Shown here piece by piece: positions 13,431 through 25,753 of a DNA stretch of 64,000 bases. The translations under genes were made by a program, and so were the position numbers. The notes under the pieces are model-generated. The model made no database searches. It was not told the origin of the DNA and saw nothing but the letters and a program-made list of their open reading frames with translations. Origin of the DNA: Azolla caroliniana (taxonomy: Eukaryota; Plantae; Polypodiophyta); assembly GCA_043228905.1 (NCBI GenBank), contig JBHGNT010000016.1, positions 18,166,001 through 18,230,000 on the forward strand, in the 5' to 3' direction. Numbering within the stretch: the stretch's first letter is position 1; the number at the start of each line of letters is the position of its first letter.

Positions 13431-13494
13431 ATGGCTTAATGGTAAGCCATTTGACTCCTAACTTGGAGGTGCAAGGTTCGAATCCATACTTGCC
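13431..13494 (+). promoter_or_regulatory. tRNA-like A/B-box cassette in LTR (second copy at 6551-6614)
   Basis: TGGCTTAATGG with GCTT/AAGC D-stem; GGTTCGAATCC B box. Confidence 0.65.
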
Positions 13495-14011
13495 CTCCTT
13501 GTATATGTAAATGTATATCTTTTTATATATTTATTTTATCTAGTCGCCGGTTCGCCGGATGCCGCCGCCGACACCGGATATCAGTGCCGCATGTCGCCGT
13601 CGGATGCCGTCGGATCACCGACTTCATCGCCGGTCCGGTTTTGGTTGGCCAAAACCCTTTTCGAGTAGCTAGCCACCTCCACTCTAAGTTCAAGTTACCT
13701 TGAGCTCTCTATGCTCCACACATAGACACAAAGATAATATCTTTTGCTCCACCTTATATATGATGAGAGCCGTATTTGTCGTGCCTATGTGGGATATCTC
13801 ACAATTTTCTCTTTTTTTTTCACAAACTTTATACCCTCATATCTTGACATTTAGTTGTCCATTTCTCGTGTAATAAAGTGCATTCGAAACCTCCATCATT
13901 TTGTACTTCGATATTAAAATGTTATCTTCACAATTATTGTATTACGTGATTCATACTCGATTTTGTACGTTTTATGGGATTTTCACACTATTGCCGAAAA
14001 TCTTCACGACA

Positions 14012-16433
14012 ACGGCGTGGCCGAGAGGAAGAACCGGTCGATTGTGGAAGCGGCACGGGCAATGTTGGAGGAGAAGAGCTTGCCCAAGTTCTACTGGGCT
14101 AAGGCGGTAAGGACCGCGGTAAACATCCAGAACCGGATTGGAGACGAGCTATATTTTGGAACGAAGCCGAACTTGCGACACTTGAGGGTGTTCGGTAGCA
14201 TTGCGTATGTGCATATACCGAAGGAGAAAAGGAGGAAGCTGGACGCAAAGGCCGAGAAATGCATCTTGGTCGGTTACTTGGACGAGCAGAAGGGTTATAA
14301 GTGTTATAACCCTCGCACCAAACAAGCGCGTGTTAGCCGCGACGTTGTGGTTGACGAGTCTGCGTCCTGGTACAAGCCCCCGACTCCGAACCCCAAGTCC
14401 AAATCGTGTTCTGACGATGAGGTCAGCGAGGCCGAGATGCCTCTAGATGAGCCCGAAATCGAGACCCGCGAAGAGAGTCCGATTTCACTTCGGTTAAGTG
14501 GACTGATTGGACGACTGAGTCGGTACGACCAGTCCGATGAAGAGCCGGCGAGTAGTGGAGACTCGGCCGTGCATTCCCCGCGCAGGAAGCCGAGGAGACG
14601 GCTTACGCGCAAAGAAAAAGGGAAGAAGAAGGTGTCGGATTCCGGCACGGATAAGAACGAGTCAGACTGACGCGAGTCCGACTCCGAGGGAACCGGTGAC
14701 GGGTCTTTAAAGGTGAAGACCGTGTCGACCGAGAAGGCCTCGACATCGGCTACTGTGAGATTATGCCGATCTACCCGCCAGAAGAACCCTATTTTGCGGT
14801 TCGGATACAACGAGTACATGGCGCACCATTATGCATACATGACCCGTGTAGCGGAAGTGCGTGAGCCGGAGAGCTATGCAGAAGCGGCTAAAGACGCGAA
14901 TTGGCGTGCCGCGATGGAGGAAGAGATGCACGCATTGGCGGAGAACGAGACCTGGGACCTGGTTGACGCACCAAAGGGTGTGAAGCCGATCGGGTGTAGG
15001 TGGGTGTACAAGGTCAAGTACAACACCGATGGCTCAGTTAACCGGTACAAGGCTTGGCTAGTGGCAAAGGGCTACGCGCAGAAACACGGCATCGACTACG
15101 ATGAGACGTTTGCGCCGGTCGCGAAAATGACGACCGTCCGTGTTTTGCCCGCAGTAGCTGCGGCGAAGGGGTGGCACTTACATCAGATGGATGTAAAGAA
15201 TGCGTTCCTGCAAGGTGACCTTGAGGAATAGGTGTACATGTTACAACCCCCCGGATTTCACTCCGGAACGAACTCCTCGGCAGTATGCCGACTGAAGAAG
15301 TCCCTTTACGGACTGAAGCAAGCCCCGCGTGCCTAGAACGCGAAGATCACGTAACAACTGCGTCGGATGGGCTTCGTCACGTCAAAATCGGACTCTTCCC
15401 TGTTCATCCGGAAAGGTTGACTCGGACCGGTTAGTATTCTACTATATGTTGATGACTTGGTCATAACCAGCGCCGACCTAGGTGAAATTGACCGCGTGAA
15501 GCTCCAGCTTGTGGCATCGTTCGACATGAAGGATCTGGGGGACCTTCATTACTTCCTCGGGATCGAAGTGATCCGTACCCCCGAAGGCATATTGATCAGC
15601 CAACGTCATTACATGCTGAGTATGCTCTTCAAATTCGGGATGGCCGACTGTAAGTCCTCTCGACTCCTCTGGACAGAACCATCAAGCTTCGTCCCGATAC
15701 GGGAAAGGTATGCGACCCGACGAGGTTCCGACAAATTGTCGGAAGCCTCATATACTTGACCATCACCTGACCTGACCTCAGTTATCCGGTCGGAGTGATC
15801 AATCAGTTCATGGCGCGACCTACCAAGGAGCACCTTCAGTGTGCGCAACGCATACTTCGGTATGTCAACGGCACTAAGGACCAAGGACTGCTATATCGGA
15901 CCGGTGCAGCCGCGCAATTAGTTGGCTATATCGATGCTGATTGGGCTGGCAACGCCGCCGATCGCCGATCCACGTCTGGATACGCGTTCTCCCTCGAGAG
16001 TGCCGCGATCGCGTGGAGCAGTAAGAAGCAACCGACAGTTGCACTGTCGAGCACCGAAGCTGAGTACCGAGGAGCGGCTGTCGCGACATGCGAAGCCATA
16101 TGGTTGAAGCGGCTACTTAAGGACCTGCAAGTGGAGGTGTCAGATCTGATGACGATCTACTGCGACAACCTCAGCAGCATCCAGCTCGCGAAAAACCCCG
16201 TTTTCCACGCACGGACCAAGCACATTGAGGTGCACTACCATTTCGTCCGTGAGCGTGTCCTTTCCGGTGAAGTCGAACTTCAGTATGTTCCGACGGATTG
16301 GCAGGCTGCCGACATCTACACCAAGCCTCTTGGTCTAGACAAGTTGCGGCAATTCTCAGGTGCGCTCGGGTTGCGTCACCTCGATGTGCCGAACTTGAGG
16401 GGGAGAACAGTCCCAAACGACCAAGCAAGGTAG
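14012..16433 (+). pseudogene. Copia integrase C-term, RT and RNase H (3' part of element 3802-17318)
   Basis: LRVFGSIAYVH; [13 protein letters not shown]; LYVDD; YIDADWAG; ARTKHIEVHYHF; many stops. Confidence 0.92.
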
Positions 16434-17746
16434 CAGGAAAGGAGCGGAGACCGTGACACCGAGTCCGACTCGGTAGACTCGGTTGTCGAGTTCGAGTTCG
16501 GATCGGCTAAAGAAGCCGAGGGCGGACCCACGGAAAAGTCCGAAAGCGGACAGAAGGGGAGCAACCGAAGGAGAGAGACGAAGCCAACCACGGATGGGGA
16601 AGATGACGCCACCGAGGGCGAGAAGACTGAAGATGAGTTGGAGACAGCCAACTTGGACGAGAGCGAAAACCGATCGGAGGTAGCCGAGTCGGTTCGGATG
16701 TTTGATTCAGACACGTTGAATCAACCGAGGCCCAAGCGGAAGAAAAGGCAGCAGAAGAAGTGTCGACACCGCAACAACAGAAGAGTTGATAAGGGCTGCA
16801 TGAGCAGACAAGCCGACCGGAAGGGTCAAAGCGCGCGGAGTCGAACAGGTCGAGGAGCGCGAGCAAGGCGAGAAGCCAGGAGGAACCGGTGCTGTGAAGA
16901 TCCCGAAGAGCCTCAAGTTGAGCTTGAGGGGGAGTGTTGAGAGACAAGCTCAACATCGGCCGGATCGGCTGAAGAAGCCGAGGACCGGATCGGTTGGGAC
17001 CGATCGGTTAGGCCGATTGCGTAAACCGGAAGGTCGTTAGGAAAGATATTCCGTGAGGAATATATTTGGGAGTTAGTGTAGGAGCTCTTGATGAGCATTG
17101 AAGTACTGTCAGTACTTCAGTCAGTCCTTCTAGGGCTTGTATAAAAGTGTTCACTGAGCACGTCTTATGTACAGACTGAGTATTATTGTTGAATATATTT
17201 CTTGTGTTCTCTCTCTGTCTCTCCTACGTATATCGTGTAAGCCCAAGCTCTCCATTGAACCTGAGTTTCCTCCCTTCTGTTTGGTCTTCATACTTGCTTC
17301 CGCACGCTACTTTTTACACAAACTATCACTATGTCAAGGAATACAATAGGGAGCATAGAGGCAACGACCTCTTGCTCACAATCTTCGCATGGCGGCGGTT
17401 ACAACAGAGACATGCTCTGTATTGCTCTCTCTCTCTCTCTCTCTATACAACCATTACACCAATAACACTATACGATGATAATAACAACAACTATGATACA
17501 CACACAATGTTTTCCCTAGGTCATATTTATACTAATATGACATTAGGACTATTTACAGATATAGCCCCAATGGGCTCTTAGAAACATATCTACATAGATG
17601 TCCCTTCATCCGGTGAGAGGTTCTCACCGAGCCTGCATCATCCGGTTCTCATCGGGTCTTCCGATGTCGGGTCTTCGTATCCCATCCGGAGGGACCGAGA
17701 TCCTAACAGAATTGTGGTATTGTTGTGTTTCCCCTACAAAACAAAG

Positions 17747-18436
17747 TGGTATCAAAGCCAGGTTGCTTGTTGTGTGATTCTTGTGTTGTGTGAAAATGGA
17801 TGATGAAGTTGGCATGCCTAGTATGGTTAGTTTAAATGCTACCAATTACACCACTTGGCAAATTCGTATGGAGGGTATCCTTTATGTGAAGGATTTGTGT
17901 GAGCCTATTTTAAGGGAGACTATTCCAATGGGTGTAGTTGCTAAAGAATAGGAAATCTTGAAGCTAAAGGTCATTGATACAATTAGACAATTGTTGGACT
18001 TGAGTGTGCTTCAACATATTTCTAAAGAACACAATGTCTTCAAATTTGGAAGAAGCTAAGTGATATGTATGAGCGAAAAATACCATGAGTAACACCTCCT
18101 TGATGAGGAAATTTGTGAAGTTAGAGAACAGAGATGGTGGGAGCATGGTAGTTCATTTGAATGATTTTCAAGGGTTGATTAACCAATGATATACAATGAG
18201 TATGTCACCTGATTATGAGCTGCAGGCTTCATTGCTACTTAGCTCTCTACTGGAAAGTTGGGATACTCTTGTTGTGTCACTTAGTAATTCTACTCTTGAA
18301 GGAAAAATTTTCAACCATTCTGAGGCCAACATCATTTTTTATTCCAGCTAAGAAAGAGCTAAAAACAATTTTTTTCTTGCATAATAGGATAAATGCAAGG
18401 GGAGATTGAAATCAAAGTTCAAGGGCAAGATTATAT
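17747..18436 (+). pseudogene. Copia PBS + degenerate gag fragment
   Basis: tggtatcaaagcc PBS; LNATNYTTWQIRME..LYVKDL gag-like translation. Confidence 0.7.
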
Positions 18437-19667
18437 TGTTGCGAATTCGGTCCCTCCTGATGAGATCCAAAAACCAGATCAGATGGATCCGGTGTGAACT
18501 AGATCTAGGGACATATCTGTAAATGTGTTTCTAATGTGCCTGTCATGGCCATATTTGTAAATAGTCCTAAATTCATATAAGTATAAATATGAGTTAGGGA
18601 AATCACTTTTAATATATGCGTAGATGTTATGTACAAAGGGAGAGAGATACAGAAAGCTCTTCTATTGTAACCGCCGGTTGGCGAAGGTAGAGCTCGAAGT
18701 TGTTGCCTTTGAGTCTCACATCGTTGTACCTCTCCTCTACAGTGATCATGTTCGAAGTTTTGTAAACTCCCGTGGTTTTTCCCAATTAGGGTTTTCCATG
18801 TTAACAACTTGTGTCGTCTTATTCCTATTTTCTATTCTCTCCCATCGTAGGATTGAGACTCGGTTGTAGCCGAGCACTATTTCCGCACAAACTGGTATCT
18901 GAGCAAACAACAAATGAAATGGAAGAGTGATTCGGCAGCATATTCCAACTCACCAGCTCCAACTACTCAGTGTGGAAGTCCAAGATGAGGGACATGTTAG
19001 TGGATAAAGATCTCTGGATGCCGGTACAATTGGGGGACAAGAAACAGGATAAGATCGATGCCACGACCAAGGAGGTGATGCACATGAAGACGACTGCATA
19101 CATAAGATTCTTCATCGACATGAGCCTGTACAACAACTTCATAGAAGAAAGCAAGTCTCATGAACTCTGGGAGAAGATAGGCATCATGTTTCAGACCAAG
19201 AATGACGTAAATCGAGTCTTAGTATTCCGGAAGCTGGTGAGACTCAGATATCAAGACAACTCTAGTATAGTGGATCACGTGAATGCCTTCCAGGGGCTCA
19301 TAAACCCAGCCACCTTGTTGGAAGTACCTTTGGCCGATGAGGTACTCACGTTGCTATTGCTCGGTTCCCTCCCAGATAGTTGGGAGACGCTAGTTGTCAC
19401 TTTGGGCAATGCCGGTCCGGAAGGAAAACAACTATCCCTAGCAAGAGTAAAGTCGAGCTTGCTAGAAGAAGAGACACGTCGGAAAGATAAGGAAGTGATC
19501 TCCAATTCAAAAGTCTTGATTACCGAATCTGACGCACAAGGGAGAAACCGGAATCAGATTCCCCAGAACCAGGATAAATCGGGGACGAGATCGAAGTCTA
19601 GGGGGAGGCCTACGTGCTTCTATTGTGGGAAGCCGGGGCATTTACAAAAAAATTGCGGACACTTTTG
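18437..19667 (+). mobile_element. Copia 5' LTR, PBS and gag, truncated by the next LTR
   Basis: PBS tggtatctgagc ~18893; gag ORF 18970-19667 with LLGSLPDSWET and CFYCGKPGH. Confidence 0.8.
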
Positions 19668-22600
19668 TGTTAGGAAACAGGTCCCTCCGGATGGGAAGTG
19701 AGGAGAACAGTGTTGATCTGGCTCGGCCGAAACCGGATGTGGAGTACCCGGCAATGGAAGACCCGGTGAGAACCGGATGATGAGTGCTTAGCAAGCGCCG
19801 GATGATGCAGGCCCGGTGAGGAGTGCTCACCGGATGAAGGGAAATATTCGTAAATATGTTTTTGAGAGTCCATCGGGGCTATATTTGTAAATAGCCGAAA
19901 AGTCATTTTAGTATAAATATGACTTCGGGCAAAAACTTAGTGGAAGAGTTGTTGTCATTCTTGTTGGTGCAAGATTAGAGCGCAACAGTGTACAGAGAGA
20001 GAGAGAGAGAAAGAGAAGAAGAGTTCGTATCTCTGTTGTAACCGCCGCCTGTGGCGAAGACAGTGAACAAGAGGTCGTTGCCTCTAGTGATGGTTAGCAG
20101 TCAGTGGATTGCCGTGGTTTTTCCCGCGTTTGGGTTTTCCACGTAAACATCCTGTGTACTCTTCTCTCCATTGTGTCGTGCATTCATTTCTTGTTTTCTG
20201 CGTTTTTTATTCTAAGCTCGGTTGTGGCCAAGCGTTGTTCATCGAGAACGTATAGTTCTTGTCAAGTGGTATTAGAGTCAAACGACACAGAAAATGGACG
20301 ATTCGTTGGGAGGCATGTTCAAGCTCACCGGCTCCAACTATTCGGTGTGGAAGTCGAAGACGACGGACATGCTCGTGGTTAAAGATCTTTGGTTGCTGGT
20401 TCAGTTCGGGGACAAGAGACCGGACAAAATCGACGCCACGATATGGGAGGTGATGCACATGAAGACAACGGCTTACATACGGTGCGTCATCGACATGAGC
20501 CTATACAACAACTTCAATGAAGAGAGCAAGGCTCATGAGCTTTAGGAGAAGATCGGCATTATGTTTCAAAACAAAAATGTTGTTAACCAGGTTTCGGTAT
20601 TCCGGAAGCTAGTAAGACTCCGGTACCAAGATGGCTCCAACATGGCGAAGCACATGAATGCCTTCCAGGGGCTGATACACCAGGCAACATCATTGGAAGT
20701 ACTTCTTGCCGATGAGGTACTAGCACTACCCCTGCTCGATTCCCTCCCGGATAGCTGGGAGACGTTCGTTGTCTCTTTGGGCAACGCCAGGCCGGAAGGG
20801 AAACAGTTATCCCTAGCAAGAGTGAAGTCGAGCTTGCTAGATGAGGAGGCGCGTCAGAAAGATAAGGATACGAGCTTCGACTCCAAAGCGCTCCTTACCG
20901 AATCGGAACGCGGAAGACAAAGGAACCGTAGTCCCTAGAATCGGGAGAAGTCGGGGACACGGTCAAAGTCAAGGGGAAGGCCTACTTGCTTCTATTGTGG
21001 CAAGCCGGGACACTTCTAGAAAAACTGTCGGCACTTCTGAAAAGACAAGGAAACCGACGGCAACGATTCGAAGCGGACACCGGACCGGAACGGTAAGGAC
21101 CAGAGGGGGCCAGACCGGAAGGGAACGACGGCAATCACGGCAAGTGAAGAAGAGTTGATGCTCATCACCGAGGAGAGTGAGCTAAACCTTGTTAGCGACA
21201 AGATGACCTAGGTGATCGATTCCGGGGCGTCGTTCCACCTTACCCCGGACTGGAAATGCTTCTCGTCCTACTCAGTCGGTGATCACGGCTGTGTCCGGAT
21301 GGGGAATGAAGGTACATGCCGAATTGTCGGCATAGGAGACGTGTGGTTGACAACACCAACCGGATGCAAGCTGCTGCTGAAGGATGTCTGACACGTTCCG
21401 GAGGTTCGTCTGAACCTGATATCGGCCGGTCGGCTAGATGATGAAGGCTACACGGGTAGCATTCGGAACAGTGTTATGAAGGTCAACAAAGGGAGCTTGA
21501 TTGTGGCTCGGGCCCGGAAGGTCAACACGTTGTACCTGATGAAGGCCCGGTTATGCCCGAAGGAAGTGAACGTGGCATCCGACACTACCGGTGAGCTGTG
21601 GCACAAAAGGTTGTGTCACATGAGCGAGAAGGGGATGAAGAGGCTTGCATACGACAACCTCATTCCATTGAAGAACGTGCACTTGGAGAAGTGCACTGAT
21701 TGTCTGACCGGTAAGCAAAACCGAACCTCCTTCCGACCAAGGCCACCGATGAGACGTAATGCACCACTGGAGTTGGTGCATACTGATGTCTGTCAAGTGG
21801 ACACGAAGTCACATGCAGGATAACAGTACTTCGTGACGTTCATAGATGACCACAGCCAGAAGCTGTAGGCCACACCGTTGAAGACGAAGGATCAGGTGCT
21901 ATCCGTCTTCAAAGAACTCCACGTGAGAGTGGAAAGAGAAACTGGCCGGAAGCTGAAGGCGGTTCGAGCAGATAACGGAGGAGAATATCGGGGGCAGTTT
22001 GAGGAGTATTGCCGCTTGAAGGGAATCCGGCTCGAATTTACTGTGCCGAAGACGCCGGAACTAAACGGGTTGGCCGAGAGGATGAACCGGACAATAATGG
22101 AGAGGGTCCGGAGTATGCTGGCGCATGCAAAACTACCCAAGAAGTTTTGGGCTGAGGCACTGTTGACGGTGACATATGTGATAAACAGATCACCCTCAGT
22201 ACCCTTGGACGGAGACACGCCACAGAGAGTCTGGACCAGTAAGGAAGTGTCCTACCGGCATCTGAAGGTATTCGGGTGTCTTGCGTACGTGCATGTTGCT
22301 AAGGACCGGTGATGAAAGTTGAATCCAAAGACCCGGCCATGCACATTCCTCGGTTACGGCGACAATGAGTTCGGCTATCGAGTGTGGGACCTAGCCGACA
22401 AGAAGGTATTCCGGAGTCGAGATATTATCTTCGTGGAGGACAAGACGCTCGCCAACTTGGAGTCGGAGAAGAAGATAATGAACTCCGAGTTGACCGGTAA
22501 GGATAGATTCTACGATGAGTAGACCCAACCGGCAAGAGACCGGTTAGCACTCGAGGAACCAGCCGGTTACGATGAGGATTCCAAACCGACAGAAGAAGAA

Positions 22601-23975
22601 GTAGAGGAAGCAAAAACCGGAACCAGCCAAGACCCCGAATCGGATTCGGATGAAGAGAAAATGGAGGAGCTGGTTACCGAAGCCCAAAGACGGAGATATC
22701 CTCTCAGAGAGAGAAGGGCCCCCCGAAGATTTTCGGATGAAGAGCATGTGTTGCTGACCAATGAGGGAGAGCTGGAAAGTTTCGAAGAAGCGAAGGATGA
22801 CACCCACAGCCACAAATGGTTAAGTGCCATGCAGGATGAGATGGATTCTCTGCATGAGAACCATACGTGTGAATTGGGTGGAGTTTCCAAAAGGAAAGAG
22901 GGCACTCCGAAACAAGTGGGTGTACAAGTTGAAACCAGGAGATGCCAGCAACCCCCCGAGATACAAACCCAGGATCGTGGTGAAGAGGTTCCAGCAGAAG
23001 AAGGGCGTGGACTTCGACGAGATATTTTCCCCGGTAGTAAAGATGACTTCCATCCGGACGATGTTGAGTATAGCGGCAAGCATGGATCTTGAGGTAGAGT
23101 AGTTGGACGTGAAGACGACATTCCTTCACGGTGACCTCAAAGAGGAGATCTACATGCAGCAACCGGAAGGATTCGTGGAGAAAGGGGAGGAGCACCTGGT
23201 TTGCCGGTTGAAGAAGAGCTTGTACAGACTGAAGTAGGCTCCCCAATAATGGTACCAGAAGTTCGACTCCTTCATGACCGATCAAGGGTACCACAACACG
23301 CAGGCCGATCACTGCGTGTTTGTGAAGAAGTTCGAAGGAGGCAACTTCCTGATACTCCTTCTGTACGTGGATGACATGTTGATCGTCGAATGGGACCAAG
23401 CCAAAATACGGATGCTGAAGAAGGCTCTCAATTGAACCTTTGCAATGAAAGACTTGGGTCCGGCAAGACAGATACTGGGGATGCATATCATCCAGAACCG
23501 GCCAACGAAGCAATTGTGGTTGTCATAGGAGAAATACGTCACAAAGGTGCTTCAGCGGTTCAACATGTTAGAAGAGAAACCGGTCGGATCGACACTCCCG
23601 ACAAACTGCAGACTATCCGATAAGCAAAGCCCGAAGACCAAAGCAAAGAAGGTTGATATGATGAAGGTTCCATATGCCTCTGCCGTTGGGAGCTTGATGT
23701 ACGCAATGGTGTGTACTCGTCCAGATATTGGATACGGAGTCGGAGTGGTGAGCCGGTTTATGAGCAATCCCGGCAAGGAGCACTGGAACGCGGTCAAATG
23801 GATACTCCGGTACTTGAAGGGCACTTTTAATATGTGTCTTCGATTCGGCTCCGGTAAACCTCAACTTGACGGTTTTACCGATTCAGACATGTCGGCTGAT
23901 GTGGATACCAACCGGTCTACATCCGGTTATGTAATGACATATGAAGGGGGAGCTGTTTTGTGGCAGTCGAGGCAG
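19668..23975 (+). mobile_element. Copia element (5' LTR 19668-20264, PBS, decayed gag-pol), 3' end lost
   Basis: PBS tggtattagag at 20267; LWHKRLCH, RADNGGEY, LLYVDD, FTDSDM motifs; many stops and frameshifts. Confidence 0.9.
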
Positions 23976-25753
23976 TAGAACGATGGTTTGGCCCATACAT
24001 GGTTAAGGAAATTGAAAACAATGCAATCTATTTTCTAATGGAGTTAGATGGAACTCGACTTGCTTTGCCGATTGTAGGGAAGAGAAGAGAGACCACAAAT
24101 CTTCAAATTGAACCTCTAGACTTCGAGGTTCAAAAAGAATAAGCAATAGCAACTAACAATCATTGGCACATACTGGAGGATGTGTAGGTTTGGTGGGGGT
24201 GGATGTCATGATGTTTCTAACACATAGTGCGAAACTACCCTAAAAAAGAAGTAAAATAGTAGTTCAAATAAAGAGTATTGTGAAGTCAACTTTATTGGTA
24301 GCAAACATACTTTTTCATTTGTCAAAGATAATTCCTTATAAATATATGGTCAAAGGATTGAACCTTACGATAAATAATGATGAATATTAAGTTAGAGGCG
24401 GTTTTCAAAAGTAGAGAAAAAGATGGAGAAAAAAAAGAAGCACGCGTGGATATGAGGAGCACAGTAGAGAAATAAGCTCATAATTTCCTCGTCAGATGTC
24501 CAAATTAGAAAAGAAAAGATGCCTAAGAATGTTAACCGAAAGAGCTTTCCAAGAATATCTTTCATGTGAAATTTGGGGCTAAAAATAGAAATAGTGAGGA
24601 AAAGAAAAGTCGACTCATATAGACAAGCGTTTTTTTTAGGGGAAAAAGGCAAGCAATCCTAAACCTATAAATAAGAGCCTATTCTAGTGAAGAAGGGGGG
24701 GGGAGAAGGAACACGGAAGCTCTACCTAATTGGAAGGCAAAAAAAGAAGGATCAACAACATCGAGAGGCATCATCAACAAAGAATCACCTTCTTCTATAT
24801 TCCACTCTCTTCTTTCGTCCACCTCTCTTCCCCCTTCCTTTATAAATTATCTCTCATATTCATATCAAACCCGTGGTAAAATTGATTCTTATTTTATAAA
24901 AGAATCTATTATATTGTAATAAACTAATGTTTGGTTTCACCTACGTATCTTATATGTTATTGTCATTTGTGCTTATTTGTTTGTGTGTCTTGTGACAAGG
25001 GAGTGTTTTGGGCTTGCCCATGCACCTCTCCTTTCACAAACGCATTCAAGCGTACGTCTCTTATATGTTATGGTCATTTGTGCTTATCTGTTTGTGTATC
25101 TTGTGACAAGGGAGCGTTTCAGGCTTGCCCATGCACCTCTCCTTTCACAAACACATTCAAACTTACGTGTCTTATATGTTATGGTCATTTGTGCTTATCT
25201 GTGTGTGTGTCTTGTGACAAGGGAGCGTTTCGGGCTTGCCCATGCACCTCTCCTTTCACAAACACATTCAAACTTACGTGTCTTATATGTTAATGTAAAT
25301 CTTGCTTGTGTGTTCGTGCGACTTGTGGCAAGGGTGCGTTCGGGCTTGCCCATGCACCTCTCCTTTCATAAAGGCGTTTGAAATCATGTCTTGCGTGTTA
25401 GTGTAAATCTTGCTTGTGTGTTCGTGCGACTTGTGGCAAGGGAGCGTTCAGGCTTTGCCCATGCACCTCTCTTTTCACAAAGGCATTCGAAACTATGTCT
25501 CTCATGTGTGTAAGTCAACCTTTTCCTCATGTGTCTATGTGTAAACCTTCCTCACGTGCATTCATTCTCCTTGTGACTAGGGGTGGATTCGAGCTTGCCC
25601 ATGCACCTCTCCTTTTCACTAACATGTTCAAATACGCGTGCCTTGTTTGTGTAAGCCTTCCCTGTGTTGTGCGTGTGAGCCCTATTCCCTTCCCGTCCAT
25701 AACCCTGGCGGTTCCGCCTCACGATCCGCACATAGTGATGGATTTTCGTGACA
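23976..25753 (+). mobile_element. 3' remnant of a gypsy related to 6152-14011: integrase tail, PPT, LTR 24204-25753
   Basis: RWFGPY..ELDGTRL; identical PPT ggtttggtgggggtgga; LTR end matches the reverse complement of the LTR terminus at 6152. Confidence 0.85.
24945..25640. repeat. Tandem repeat, ~111-bp unit, ~6 copies, inside LTR
   Basis: Motif gtg(a/g)caaggg...ttgcccatgcacctct recurs at 24992, 25103, 25214, 25325, 25433 and (degenerate) 25573. Confidence 0.9.

Larger units (their letters stand above)
6152..14011 (-). mobile_element. Near-intact non-chromovirus Ty3/gypsy element (probably Phygy-like); LTRs 13032-14011 (5') and 6152-7208 (3'); TSD ACGG
   Basis: LTRs end in 12-bp inverted repeats TGTCGTGAAGAT/ATCTTCACGACA. 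PPT ggtttggtgggggtgga at 7209-7225 on minus strand. Removing the element restores the host integrase EQNGVAER. Confidence 0.95.
3802..17318 (+). mobile_element. Full-length Ty1/copia element (LTRs 3802-4185 and 16935-17318; TSD CAAAC), interrupted by gypsy insertion
   Basis: Near-identical 384-bp TG..CA LTRs; tRNA-iMet-type PBS tgctatcagag at 4186; PPT ttgagggggag before 3' LTR; CAAAC on both flanks. Confidence 0.95.
3624..17708 (-). mobile_element. Copia solo LTR (3624-3801 + 17319-17708) split by a later insertion; itself inserted in another copia LTR
   Basis: The two halves resemble the reverse complement of LTR 19668-20264; flanks GAGTT/GAATT (TSD with 1 mismatch). Confidence 0.7.

Noticed and set aside
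13431-13494. Functional tRNA genes in the LTRs
   Set aside because: A/B boxes are present, but I could not fold convincing acceptor and anticodon stems, so they are reported as tRNA-like cassettes only.
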